A DNA stretch of 62,022 bases, the filler included, from Chiloscyllium plagiosum (lineage: Eukaryota), in NCBI RefSeq assembly GCF_004010195.1. It is 4 parts of one record of this genome, joined end to end, with 100 filler letters (N's around TTAATTAATTAA, not from the genome) between each part and the next. Parts side by side here need not be neighbours in the genome. Positions count along the whole stretch, not along the records: positions 1 to 24,186 come from NC_057711.1; positions 24,287 to 48,367 come from NC_057711.1; 2 more parts are not named here. One strand, written 5' to 3'. Made by a program: the position numbers and the translations under genes. The notes beneath the pieces are model-generated. The model worked only from the letters and a program-made list of their open reading frames with translations, was not told the DNA's origin and ran no database searches. The stretch's first letter is position 1, and each line of letters starts with the position of its first letter. Below, piece after piece: positions 13,748 through 26,249 of the stretch.

Positions 13748-14357
13748 TGTTATGGACCGGGCCAGATCCCATCAAAACATTTCGAGAAGGTAGCCCAGAC
13801 AATAACTTTGGTTGTTGTTTTAAGCAGGTGTAAAGTGGATATTCCAGGAGAGAATCAGCTGTTCAAACCACTTAGTTTTAAACAAAACAGAATGTATTTA
13901 CAACATTACTGAATGAAACACAAACAACAGAAAACCGAATTACTTAATCTTTCTGAAAACCCAACAGATCATCCCGACCTAATGATGCTGTTCCAAATAT
14001 TTGCAACAATCCCCATAAACACCCCTTGGCACAAAAGGCAAAATCAAACACAGGTTCTTACAGGATAGAGGTCAGAGAGAAAGTACCAGCCTGACCCTGC
14101 TTCTTTGGGTCCAGCAGCTTTTTTCCACACTCCTGCTAAAAACCAAACCAAACTAGAGCAAAGCTGAGCTGGGAGCATTGGTCACTTCCCTTTCATTGTA
14201 CAAGTGTTTTTTTCTAAACTTGAAAAATCTGTTAGCTATTATCAAATTGCCCTGAAACCCTTCAACCCGCAGACTTTTCAGGGTCTGTGCCGTTTATGAC
14301 CTCTCTGGAAAAAAGTCAAGGACAACATAACCTTGTTAAAGAAGCAGCTTTGTCACA
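13748..14357. mobile_element. Solo LTR (Gypsy-like), ~610 bp
   Basis: TGTTAT...GTCACA termini; imperfect 4-bp TSD ACAG/GCAG; cleanly interrupts the CR1 sequence. Confidence 0.8.
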
Positions 14358-14417
14358 GCAGGCCAAACATCTTTTTCACCACCCTGTCTACCTCCAGTTT
14401 CAAAGAACTATGTATTT

Positions 14418-14700
14418 GCATGGTGGCTTAGTGGTTATCACTACTGCCTCACAACACCAGGATCCCAGGTTCAATTCCAGTCTTGGGCAACTGCCTGTGT
14501 GGAGTTTGCACGTTCTTCCTGTATCTGCATGGGTTTCCTCCCACAGTTGAAAGATATGCAGGTCAGGTGAATTGACCATGCTAAATTGCCCAAAGTAGCT
14601 TAGTTAGAGGGAAATGGGTCTGGGTGGGTTAATCTTTGGAGGGCCAATGTGGACTTGATGGGCCGAAGGGCATGTTTTTACACTGTAGGGAATCTAATCT
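14418..14700 (+). mobile_element. HE1-type SINE
   Basis: gcatggtggcttagtggtta head, GTTCAATTCC B box and aatctaatcta tail. Confidence 0.88.
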
Positions 14701-14859
14701 AGTACCCTTAGTTTGACAACACTCACGAAGGTCCTACCGTGAATTGTATAAGTCTGCCCTGGTTTGCCTTACTAAAATGCAATGCCTCATATATCTAAAT
14801 TGAACTTCATCTGCCATTTTTCAGCCTGTTGGCACATATGAATAACAAATAAATACACC

Positions 14860-16365
14860 ATCCAAATGGTGAAGCTGCAGAGCGCTGAGATACAGAGAAA
14901 TTCTGGTGTCCCAGTGCCCAAATTGGCAGAAGTCCAATATCCAGGTCCAGCAAGCAATCAGGAAGACCAACAGAGTGTCATACTCCATCCTGAGGGGATC
15001 TGAAAGCAAGAGTAAGGAGGCTACGCTTCAGCCATATAGGATGTTGGCAAGACTGCACATGGATGCACCGGCCACTGCATTCAAGCCAATGTGTTGACAG
15101 AGCAGGCCACCAGACCAACACCTGGAATGAGAGATCACCCCAGGAGGAAGGTGCAGGTGGGCCAGGCCTACATCCTGCAGAGCCTAAAAGAGCCAGAGAT
15201 GACACCTGAGGGGATCCGACAAGGTGCAGTCAGAAAAGGTGCCTCCTTCAGTCAGAGAATCCATAACCAGGGGTCACAATCTAATAATAAGGGATTGCTT
15301 ATTCAACACGAGTAAGGAAATTCCCTGACCCATGTTTGGGGCGGCAGACCCACCATCCGCCACACTTACCACCATAGAACCGGAATCTACTTGGGCCATC
15401 CGCTCCTCCAGAGGTGGATGCACAAGTAAACCATCTGCCCATGAGCAAAACTCCAGCCCCAAAGGTCACACTTTTTAAAACCATAACCCTCTCCCGCAGA
15501 AGCAATGAGAACTGAACCACCAAAGCATGTGAATAAGCTACAACTGGCATCAACAATAATAAATGTATTCACCTCATTGACAAAAAGGGAAACGTTTTGT
15601 ACACAATCTATGCAAACAAACATCTGCTCTACATTCCACCAAAAATGTGGCAAAACCTCCCAGTACAGGCATTCCCCCATCCACACTCTGAACCAGTACA
15701 CCGCCACAGCACAAATCACACTTGGAAAGATGCCAGAGGACTGGACGACAGCCAGTGTGGCACCATCACTCAATAACTCAGCAAGGGACAGACCAGAAAA
15801 TTCGAGGCCAGCCACTCCAACCTCAATGGTGGGGAAATCACTGGAAGAATCTCTGAGGGACAGAATGAACCTAACCTGAAGAGGCAGGGACCAAACAAGA
15901 CCAGGCAGCATGGTCTCGCCAAGGGACCGTCATTAGATTAGATTACATTACAGTGTGGAAACAGGCCCTTCGGCCCAACAAGTCCACACCGACCCACAGA
16001 AGTGCAACCCACCCATACCCCTACATTCACCCTTTACCTAACACTACGGGCAATTTAGCATGGCCAATTCACCTGACCTGCACATCTTTGGACTGTGGGA
16101 GGAAACCGGAGCACCCGGAGAAAACCCACGCAGACACGGGGAAAACGTGCAAACTCCACACAGTCAGTTGCCTGAGGCGGGAATTGAACCCGGGTCTCTG
16201 GCGCTGTGAGGCAGCAGTGCTAACCACTGTGCCACCGTGCCGCCCCCATGTCTGCCAAAACTGACCAAACTCTTTGAAGAGCTGACCAGGTGTGTAGACA
16301 AGGGCAATGTCCCCGACACAGTCCTCCTGGACCTTAGGAAGACCCCCAACAAGGTCCTGATTACA
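14860..16365 (+). mobile_element. Two CR1 RT-derived segments with strong T>C bias, separated by a C/A-rich spacer
   Basis: QVQQAIRKTN..EATLQPYRMLAR (14930-15060); MPEDWTTASVAP..ENSRPATPTSMVGKSLE (15730-15850); decayed FDKV region (16330-16360). Confidence 0.75.
15932..16245 (-). mobile_element. HE1-type SINE (young copy)
   Basis: CpG-rich; nearly the reverse complement of 22631-22951. Confidence 0.95.
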
Positions 16366-16390
16366 GAAAACAAATTATATTATGCCCAAT

Positions 16391-17114
16391 AAGCTGCAGA
16401 AAAAGCATTTGTTGAGTGTTTGGATTCTTCGTAAGATGGAAAATAGCAGTATCCCTTGCAGGTCTAGGAGAGTGTACCCCAAGCTGGGGCAGGGCTGACT
16501 GCAGGGAGAGTAGGTGGCGGTACATGGCTGGGAGCGTGGAGTGGAGAATTGGACAGAGAACTATTTCTGAAGATTTTGGTTTTGCTATAGGTTATGGTTG
16601 TCCTGGTTAGGTCCAAATTGTGGTGGTCTGAATGTAGTCTTGAGTCCATGCAGGATACGTTGGTTGCATAGACAGGCGCTGAGGGAGGAGATGTGGCTGT
16701 AGTAGCGGGTCTGCTTCAGGACATGGCTGAAGAGCTTCAGGGCAGAGGAGATGACATTGGGGGTGCAGTGATAGGGAGACTCACTGAGATCCTTGTAGAG
16801 GGAGGAGAACTTCAGGGTGGGCATTCTTGGAAGAGGCTTCTCAGTAAGCTTATGGTGACAAGGAGAAGGTGAGGACTGCAGATGCTGGAGATCAGAGTCA
16901 AAAAGTGTGGCGTTGGAAAAACACTGCAGGTTGGGCAGCATCCGAGGAGCAGAAGTGGGTCGAAATTTCGAGCATTGGCTCTTCATCAGGAAGGGCTTAT
17001 GCCTGAAACGTCAACTCACTCCTGCTCCTCGGATGCTGCCCGACCTGCAGTGCATTTCCAGTGCCACACTTTTTGACTTTGATCTCAAGCATGTGTAGTC
17101 CTCACTTTCTCCTT
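16391..17114 (-). mobile_element. Penelope-like element fragment (ORF N-terminus plus inverted terminal unit)
   Basis: Minus-strand SALKLFSHVLKQTRYYSHIS..; inverted unit 16862-17113 with hammerhead remnants; TSD aattatattatgc(c/g)caat at 16373-16390 / 17115-17132. Confidence 0.75.
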
Positions 17115-18244
17115 AATTATATTATGCGCAATTTAACAGGCAGGATAGACTTATAAAAATCACCTATGCCACCTTAGTACTCATACTTCTTCAATGTTAT
17201 TTTTCTGCCACTATGTCAAGAAGCCACTCTGTTTAAGTACCACTCAACATCAGCTAAGATGTAAGAGTTTGCTCAGTGTAAGGCCCTGTTGCCTTGGATG
17301 ACCATGATGGGTTTCTTCAGAGCCATCGAGTCTTGGAAGTTCCAACCTACTGAAATTCTCTTGGACTGGTTCAGAGGTATTCCCCTGACCTGGCCTGCTG
17401 GATTTGTTAGAGCAATGGTGGAGAGGATAAGGAAATGCCGCTAATTCTGCGTGTGTCTTGAGGCAAAGACCTAAAGCCAGCTGGTATTTGCTCCATCGCC
17501 GTCTGGGTGAGTAGGAAGTAATTCCTGAGGGGAGAAGTCCAGAGGCCTTGCCTCTTCTCACTTATCCAATGCTAGAATGAACCCAATGTTGGAGTAATGG
17601 AATACAGGTCACAGTGCATATAGATTGATTGTTCAACTCATCTTTCCACCACGGTTGCCTTACTCTCCATGGTTGAAACCAAGCACTCAAATGTATGAGA
17701 CACATGGCAGAATTTATGATGTACATGGACCCCTCCGCATTTGAGCAAAGCTGCAATTATCCAGGAGTCTAGTGGTTGTGGCCAGAGGCCTGTCATCAGT
17801 ATGAATCTCACTTGCTCTGCTATTTCTAATTCGCCTGTCCTTCTCTGACAGGAGGGCCTTTGATGCCATACTCAGGAAAAAGCATCTCTGTCCTTGCCTA
17901 ATGGCTTGGGGGAGAACATGCAATGGGAATCGTTGAATTGAGAGGCTGACCTGCTTCAATGGTCACTTATTAACCAAAAAATATGACGCAGTCAAGCAGT
18001 GAAGCATCTGGCAATGATGCGCAGCCTCCCTGTTGGAGCAGGAGGCTCTTCATTAATTGCACATAGATGCAGCAATGTAAACTGAAATAGAATTTTACCA
18101 ATTAAAATCATTTGTCACCAAAAATACCACACATATTTTGCATGAATACTATTGGCACTTAGAATTTTAAACTTAATTTCATGGGAAACATCAACAAAAC
18201 AAAGCAGAAGTGGCAATCAGTTTCAGTTACAAGATTAGAAGTGA

Positions 18245-19860
18245 TTTTGATTTGATTTGAGTTATTGTCGTCACACGTACCTAAGTACAGTGAAAAGCTT
18301 TATTTTGTGGGCAGTACAGGTAAATCATCGCAAACAAGGATTTACAGCTCATAGGGTGCTTAGACAGAGCGAGGCATATACAGGAGGTGTGCAAAGCAAG
18401 ATCAATGTTAGCTAGCTCAACATTATTTGAAGTTAGAGAAGTCCATTCAGCAATCTAAAAATAGCATGGAAGAAGCTGTTCTTGAACGTGTTGGTGCGTG
18501 TGTTCTGTATCTTCTGTTTGATGGATAAGAGCATAACTGGGTGGGAGGGGTCTTTGATGATGTTGGCAGCCTTTCTGCGACAACGAGAAGGGTAAATGGA
18601 GTCCATGGATGGGAGGCTGCTTCCATGATGGTCTGGGCTGTGCACATAACTTTCTGTAGTTTCTTCCGGTCCTCAGCAGAGTGGTTGCTGTATCTTGCAG
18701 CGATGCATCCAGATGGAATGCTTTCTAAGTTGGTGAGAGCACTTATGGACATGCCAAAGTTCCTAAGCAGCCTGAGAAGGTCGAGGCATTGTTGTGCCTT
18801 CTTGATTGACGCATCTACATGGGAAGTACAGGACAGATTGTTGATTATCTTTACTCCTAGGAGCTTGGCACTCTCAAGCCTCTCCACCACAACTCTGTTG
18901 TCGTAGGTAGGGGTGTGTCCACCTTTTTTACTGAAGTCAATAATCAGTTTTTTTGTTTTGCTGATATTGAGAGAGAGATTGTTATCATTGCACCAGGACA
19001 CCAACCACTCTATTTTCTTCTGGTATTCTGACTCATCATTGTTTGATATCCAGACTACAAACGTGGTGTCATCAGTGAACTTGTAAATGGTGTTCATATG
19101 AAATTTGCTACACAGTTGTGGGGGTATAGGGAGTACAGTAGGGCATCCTTGCAGGTGCCAGTGTTGAAGATTATCATGTAGGAGGTGCTGTCTTCACTGA
19201 TAGTGGTCTGTGGGTCAGGAAAATGAGGATCCAGTGGCAGAGTGCGGAGCCGAGTCCCATATTCCAGAGTTTTGAGATTATTCTGGAAGGGATTATGGTG
19301 TCGAAAACAGAGCTATAGTCAATGAGTAGGAACCTGACGTAGGTGTCCTTGTTATCCAGATGTTCCAGGGATGAGTGTAGTGCCAGGAAAATGGCATCTG
19401 CTGTGGACCTGTTTTGCCGGTAGGCAAATTGCATGGGCTTGAGGCAGGCTGGGAGGTAGAGTTGATGTGTGCTATGACCAGCCTTCAAAACACTTCATGA
19501 TTATGGAGGTGAGAACCAATGGCAGTTGTCAGGCATGTGATTTCATTAGTACTGGGATAATAATGGTCTTCTTGAAGCAGATGGTGTCTTCCGATTGTAG
19601 CAAGCAGGGGTTGAAGATGTCATTGAATATCTCCGCCAGCTGATCTGCACAGGATCTAAGTGCATGGCCAGGCACTCCATCTAGGCCAATAACTTTCCTT
19701 GGTTTTACTCCCAGGAAGAATGATCTGACATCCACAGCAACGATGGAGGGAATAGGTACATCCAGGGCTGTCAGGGCAGATAACACTGTGCTGTTGGAAT
19801 TCTACTCAAATCGAGCATAGAAAGCATTGAGCGCATCAGGGAAGGATGTATTTTTGACAC
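18245..19860 (-). mobile_element. Rex1/Babar LINE, 5'-truncated
   Basis: [48 protein letters not shown] and LNISKTKKLIIDF motifs; (GATTT)n tail at ~18245-18260. Confidence 0.92.
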
Positions 19861-20202
19861 ACACTGTTGACGAATTCTCAGGCCATCTGTTTCTCAAACA
19901 CTAACATTTGAACAGGGAATGGTTGCCTAACACTGATTAGAGATTTCTAAATAAATGAAAACATTCTGGAATTCAAGCAAAGATAAAACATCAGCATATC
20001 TGATGAAGATATTTCAATATTTAAAAATACTGTTTGATTCTTGAGTATTAAGCATTCCAAATCAATTTTATTCTGAATTCAATATAATTTTTTTCTGAAT
20101 TCAATATAATATTTGCCTTAATAGATTAGGGGAAGTGAATCTGTGGTGGTGGTACCTTTGCTGTTTGGTTTTAATCAAGAGCTGTGTCGAGAGTCTCTCC
20201 AG

Positions 20203-21208
20203 ATCATAGAGTCATAGAATCATAGAAATGTACAGCATGGAACAGACCCTTCGGTCCAACCCATCCGTGCCGACCAGATATCCCAACCCAATCCAGTCCC
20301 ACCTGCCAGCACCCGGCCCATATCCCTCCAAACCCTTGCTATTCATATACCATCCAAATGCCTCTTAAATGTTGCAATTGTACCAGCCTCCATCACTTCC
20401 TCTGCCAGCTCTTTCCATACATGTACTACCCTCTGTGTGAAAAAGTTGCCCCTTAGGTCTCTTTTATATCTATCCCCCCTCACCCTAAACCTATGCCCTC
20501 TAGTTCTGGACTCCCCCACCCCAGGGAAAAGACTTTGTCTATTTTCCTATCCATGCCCCTCATAATTTTGTAAACCTCTATAAGGTCACCCCTCAACCTC
20601 CAACACTCCAGGTAAACAGCCCCAGCCTGTTTAGCCTCTCCCTGCTACCTGCGACTCCACTTTCAAGGAGCTATGAACCTGCCCTCCAAGGTCTCTTTGT
20701 TCAGCAACACTCTCTAGGACCTTACCATTAAGTGTATAAGTCCTGCTAAGATTTGCTTTCCCAAAATGCAGCACCTCGCATTTATCTAAATTAAACTCCA
20801 TCTGGCACTTCTCAGCCCAATGGCCTGTCTGGTCAAGATCCTGTTGTAATCTGAGGAAACCCTCTTCGCTGTCCACTACACCTCCAATTTTGGTGTCATC
20901 TACAAACTGACTTACTCTACCTCTTATGCTCACATCCAAATAATTTATGTAAATGACAAAAAGTAGTGGACCCAGCACCAATCCTTGTGGCACTCCACTG
21001 GTCACAGGCCTCCAGTCTGAAAAACAACCCTCCATCACTACTCTCTGTCTTCTACCTTTCAGCTAGTTCTGTATCTAAATGGCTAGGTCTCCCTGTATTC
21101 CATGAGATCTAACCTTGCTAACCAGTCTCCCATGGGGAACCTTGTCGAACACCTTACTGAAGTCCATATAGATCACATCTACTGCTCTGCCTTCATCAAT
21201 CCTCTTTT
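20203..21208 (-). mobile_element. CR1 LINE 3' part with an internal deletion
   Basis: SGVPQGLVLGPLLF, FVDDTKIGG and VDVIYMDFSKVFDKVPHG motifs; tcatagag tail. Confidence 0.93.
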
Positions 21209-22019
21209 GACAAGGTATGTTTCTCAATTCAGGTTTTCTAAAGCAAAATTTTGTCAAAAAAATCACTGAAATGATTGCCAATACGTCTCGTTCCTCAATG
21301 GAAAAAAAAAACATTTCTTTTCAAAGTAGCTATGTTTAAATGATTCCGCACCAATTAAATATTAGAAGAGTACAATCGGATGGATAATCTTCTGTGGTGG
21401 AATGATTCTGTGACTACCTGCAGACAAGACATAGAAACTGCTTGCTGGTCCTTCCACTAATGTGTTATTATAACTTATCTTATAGCAATTTGTTGTGGGT
21501 ATCCTGATGCAAACATCTTTCTGTAAAATTCAACTCTAGCTGTCATAACAAGGGCTTAGTTTTCATATTTGAAAAGAATCAGCAGTATTCTGTTTAAAGC
21601 TTTCTAATTGTAAGGCTCTCGAGGTGGTTAGTACATCACATCACTTCCTGATGAGCAGTCCACAAACATACTCTCATTGCACTGCTTGTGGTTGTGTTAC
21701 GACTGAGAACACCATCTGTCAGAACTGATACTTACACATTTGCAATTAATTATGCAAGATGTTAACCAAGTGTATGTAAAACTCTCAGACAATGCATTGC
21801 AATTGCTATAGAAATAATTTGAATTGTTAGAGGACAGTATAAACAATTTTATGCTTTTTATACAATAATTTTTGATATAATTTCTTCAAAGAAATGTCAG
21901 TTCCAAACAGTAAAATATTTCACAGGTGCGTACAGGTGTGTTTTATTGTTAGTGTAGTTTATTGATCAGCATTTCTATGAGCAATTACTCCATTGAGGAT
22001 ACAGTCTGTTCTTCTATAA

Positions 22020-22360
22020 TGGCACAGCGGCTCAGTGGCTGACACTGCAGCCTCACAGCGCCAAGGACCCAGGATCGATTTCAGCCTTGGGTGATTGTCT
22101 GTGTGGAGATTGCACATCCTCTCCATGTCTGTGTGGGATTCCTATGCTGCTCTGGTTTCCTCCCACTTCCAAAGATATTCAGGTTTGGTGAATTGGCCAT
22201 GCTAAATTGCCCATAGTGTTCAGGGATGTGTAGGTTAAGTGCATTAGTCAGGGGTAAATGTAGAGTAATAGAGTAAGGGAATGGTTCTCGGTGGCATACC
22301 CTTTGGAGGTTCGGTGTCAACTTGTTGGGCCAAATGGCCTGTTTCCAGACTGTAGGGATT
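22020..22360 (+). mobile_element. HE1-type SINE
   Basis: tRNA-like head, V-domain and CR1-like tail. Confidence 0.88.
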
Positions 22361-22630
22361 CTTCTATGATAACGTTCCCATGCGACCCCACCTTATAGAA
22401 AATCGTGCAATAGAAATAACGGGACCTATGGGAAAACCAGAAGCAGGGTGGGCCACCAAAAATATCAGTAAAAAGTGAAACAAAAATAGTAGTTAGCCTA
22501 ACATAAACAATAGCATGTTCTAAGTAAATGTTAAAATCATATATTTTAATGAAACGATTTTATAAAATAAACACTTTACCCTGAAAAACTGGAAGGTAAC
22601 TTGAAGGAGTTTCTGAGTTTGCTGAGTTTA

Positions 22631-22951
22631 GGGCGGCACGGTGGCACAGTGGTTAGCACTGCTGCCTCACAGCGCCAGAGACCCGGGTTCAATTCCCGCC
22701 TCAGTCGACTGACTGTGTGGAGTTTGCACATTCTCCCCGTGTCTGCGTGGGTTTCCTCCGGGTGCTCCGGTTTCCTCCCCAAAAGATGTGCAGGTAAGGT
22801 GAATTGGCCATGCTAAATTGCCCGTAGTGTTAGGTAAGGGGTAAATGTAGGGGTATTGGTGGGTTGCGCTTCGGCGGGTCGGTGTGGACTTGTTGGGCCG
22901 AAGGGCCTGTTTCCACACTGTAATGTAATCTATAATCTAATCTATAATCTA
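22631..22951 (+). mobile_element. HE1-type SINE (young, full length)
   Basis: GGGCGGCACGGTGGCACAGTGGTTAGC head, GGTTCAATTCCC B box and (ATCTA)n-like tail. Confidence 0.95.
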
Positions 22952-23573
22952 GTTGCAGTACTGTATTAAAACAGGAGCATCATCATCACTTTCAGGTGCT
23001 GTTCTGGGTGCAGGGTTATTACGAGACAAAGTATTTAGTCCAGAAGTAGATAGCTGTTGTTCATTGTCCTCAAAATGTTTCTTGGGAGTTGATTTAAAAA
23101 AGGCATTTAATTTTTGCTGCTTTGCCATCTTTCTTTGGCCTCGAAACAGCTCTTCATAGGGCGCCGGATAAGACTTTGTGCCACAAACTGCTCTCCTGCT
23201 GCGTTCTGCATTGTAGTCATTGTTTTCTAAAGCTGCAACTGCTTCTCAACTTCCCTCAGAACAGAAGACAAAACAGCAGTAGAAAGATCATGTGGTGCTG
23301 CATCCTGGACTTCATCAATTTCCCCTGCATTAACAAGTTTTATAGATCAGCTGTGGAGAGGTCATTGCAATGGGACTCAAGTATCTCCTTGACATCCTCG
23401 GTCTCCACTTCTTCAAATCCAACTTGCTTTGCAACACGGGTTCTTTGATTACTGGAAGCTCCTCTGACTTCAAAATCGTGAAGAATGTCTGGGAGAAGCT
23501 TCTGCCAAACTGCATGCAAGCAGTCCTCACTGACATCACCCAGGCCTCCACAATGATGCCAAAAACATTCCAG

Positions 23574-23728
23574 TTCTGGACACCGCATTATAGAAGGATA
23601 TGGGCACTTTGGAAAGGGTTCAGAGGCGATTTACTAGGATGTTGACTGGTATGAAGAGAAGGTCTTATGAGGAAATGCTGAGGAACTTGAGGCTGTTTTT
23701 GTTAGAGAGAAAAAGGTTGAGAGGTGAC
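23574..23728 (+). mobile_element. CR1 RT C-terminal fragment
   Basis: QFWTPHYR..LERVQRRFTRML..SYEEMLRNLRLF. Confidence 0.85.
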
Positions 23729-23737
23729 TTTTTTTTT

Positions 23738-24186
23738 GCAGCAGAGAGCAGCGGGAGCTGGGCAGAAGTAAAGTCGGAGTGCAAAGCCGGTCAGGAAGGT
23801 AAGTGGTTGTTCTAGACCCCAGGTCCAACAAAGTAGGGCTTCCCTCCCACCCTCTTCCTCTAACCTAAATTAAAAGTCCACAGACTTGCCCCAAAAAGAG
23901 GGTCTAAGGAAGTACCTGTGGATTGAAGAGTGAGGCTTTAGCGAAGGAGTCTTTGACAAGGAGGTTGAGTGAAGTGATTACGCCACAGTTGAAGAGGGTG
24001 AAGACATGACTGCCCAGCTGGTTCAGTGTGCTACGTGTTTGATGTGGGAGGTCAACGACTCTGGTGTGTCTGGCTCGTATAAGTGTGGAAAGTGTGTGCA
24101 CATTCAGCTAATGACAGAACATATTGCAGCACTGATGAAAGAACTCGAGGACCTTTGGCTCATCTGAGAGAACAAGATCTTTCTGG
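23738..24186 (+). mobile_element. CR1 5'UTR and start of ORF1 (zinc finger)
   Basis: ATG at 24006: MTAQLVQCATCLMWEV...YKCGKC; same family as the CR1 starting at 45178; runs into a gap. Confidence 0.85.
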
Positions 24187-24287
24187 NNNNNNNNNNNNNN
24201 NNNNNNNNNNNNNNNNNNNNNNNNNNNNNNTTAATTAATTAANNNNNNNNNNNNNNNNNNNNNNNNNNNNNNNNNNNNNNNNNNNNA

Positions 24288-25457
24288 TCCTTTTATTCCT
24301 CACATACCTATAGAAAACTTTAGGGTTCTCCTTTATTCTATTTGCTAAAGACTGCTCGTTTCCTCTCTTTGCTCTTCTTAACTCTCTCTTTAAATCCTTC
24401 CTAGCTGATCTGTACCTCTCCATTGCCTTATCTGAACCATCTTGCCTCATCAACACATAAGCCTCCTTCTTCTTTGTAACAAGAGATGCAATTTCTGTTG
24501 TAAACCATGGTTCCCTTACCTTATCATTCCTCCCCGCCTGACAGGGACATACCTATCAAGGACACGCAATATCTGTTCCTTAAATCAGCTCCACATTTCC
24601 ATTGTCTGCATCCCCTGCATTTTGCTATCCCATTCTATGCATCCTAATTCCTGCCTAATCGCATTATAATGCCCTTGCTCCATCGATAACTTTTGACCTG
24701 TGGCATGTACCTATCCCTTTCCATCGCTAAACTAAACGTAACTGAATTATGGTCACTCACTCCAATGTGCTCACCTACAACTAAATCAAACACCTGGCCT
24801 GGTTCATTACCAAGCACCAGATCCAATGTGGCCTCCCCTCTTGTCGGCCCTTCGACATACTGTGTCAGGAAACCCTCCTGTACACATTAGAAAACAACTG
24901 ATCCATCCGACGTTACAGCATTTCTAGTCAATGTTGGGGAGGTTAAAGTCCCCCATAATGACCACACAGTTCCTTTCACTCCTACCCAGAATAATTTTGC
25001 TAATCCTCTCTTCCACCTCCCTGGAACTCTGCAGAGGCCTATAAAAAACTCCAAGCAGTGTGACCTCTCCTTTCCTATTTCTAACCTCAGCCCACACTAC
25101 CTCATCAAATGTTCTCTCAGCCACTGTTATACTATCCTTGACCAACAAGGCCACGCCTCCCCTCTTTTACCGCCTTGCCTGTTCTTAATGAAAGATCTAA
25201 ACCCTGGAACCTGAAACATCCATTCCTCACCCTGCTCTATCCATGTCTCTGAAATGGCCACAACATCGAAGTCCCAGGTACCTATCCATACTGCAAGCTC
25301 ACCTACCTTATTTCGGAAAGTTCTGGCGTTGAAGTAGACACACTTCAAACCAATTCGCTGTCTGCCAGCGTATTCCTGTGACCCTGAAATCCTGTCCCTG
25401 TCCTCCCTACTCTCATTTTCCTGTGCATTGCAACTACACCTCCAGTTCCCATCCCCC
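24288..25457 (-). mobile_element. CR1 ORF2 APE endonuclease region
   Basis: CVYFNART, VVAISETW, GVFYRPL, VIMGDFNLPNID and DLVLGNEPGQV..SDHNSV motifs. Confidence 0.92.
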
Positions 25458-26117
25458 AAGTAGACAGGACAATGAAGAAGGTATTTGGTATGCTTGCCTT
25501 TGTTGGTCAGTGCATTGAATAAAGGAGTTGGGACGTCATATTGCAACTGTACAGGATGTTGGTTAGGCCACCTTTGGAATATTGCATTCAATTCTGGCCT
25601 TCCTGCTATAGGAAGGATGCTGTAAAACTTGAAAGAGTTCAGAAAAAATTTACAAAGATGTTACCAGGGTTGGAGGGTTTGAGATATAAGGAGTGGCTGA
25701 ATGGGCTGGCTGCTTTCCCTGGAGTATCAGATGACAACAGGTGACATTTATAGAGGTTCATAAACACCATGAGGGGCATGGATAGCGTAAATAAACAAGA
25801 TCTTTTCCCTCAGGTGGGGGAGTCCAAAACTAGGGGTTTAGGATGAGAAGGGAAAGATTTAAAAAGGAGCTAAAGGGCAAGTTTTTCATGTATAGGGTGG
25901 TGAGTATATGGAATGGGCTGCCAGTGGAAGTGGTGGTAGCTGGTAAAATTACAAATTTAAAATGCATTTGGATAGGTATATGAATAGGAAGGGTTTAGAG
26001 GCATATGGGTGAAATGCTGGCAAATGGGACTAGATTAATTTAGGATATCTGGTCGACATGGACGAGTTGCACTGAAGGCCCTGTTCCCATGCTGTACAGC
26101 TCTATGACTTTATGACT
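25458..26117 (+). mobile_element. CR1 LINE 3' end
   Basis: LYRMLVRPPLEYCIQFW..LERVQKKFTKMLPG; ctctatgactttatgact tail. Confidence 0.9.
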
Positions 26118-26249
26118 GTGTGCAGTTCCACTGTTATAGGCTGTAAACAGTGCTTCTTTAACCATGGTACACTAACTGATAATTTAGTGGCATTTATGCC
26201 TGCGTGAAGCTTAGGTATCCTTGCCAAAAGGCTTGACCTAGATCACTAA

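Larger units (their letters stand above)
13122..14825 (-). mobile_element. CR1 LINE 3' part, interrupted by a solo LTR and a SINE
   Basis: (TCATAGAG)n tail at 13122-13142 and RT C-terminal sequence homologous to 20203-20800. Confidence 0.88.
22002..23573 (-). mobile_element. Tigger/pogo DNA transposon remnant (transposase C-terminus and terminal region) with two SINE insertions
   Basis: Minus-strand EAW..DCLHAVWQKLLPDILHDFE...AKQVGFEEVETEDVKEILESHCNDLSTADL (TIGD1/Tigger-like); TA|CAG terminus at 22000-22004. Confidence 0.8.

Noticed and set aside
17250..18100. Unassigned moderately GC-rich tract (similar tracts at 12200-12720 and 59360-59745), perhaps old Harbinger-type debris
   Set aside because: I could not establish diagnostic motifs or paired termini.
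21640..21735. CTGATGA...CTGA as a C/D snoRNA or hammerhead
   Set aside because: No terminal stem or recognisable guide, and no stem II or GAAA for a hammerhead.
22631..22700. SINE heads as functional tRNA genes
   Set aside because: They are tRNA-derived parts of HE1-type SINEs, continuous with the V-domain and LINE-like tail.
24231..24242. TTAATTAATTAA centred in N-runs (also at 48412-48423 and 55406-55417)
   Set aside because: The same stop-codon spacer sits inside three gaps, so it is an assembly artefact.
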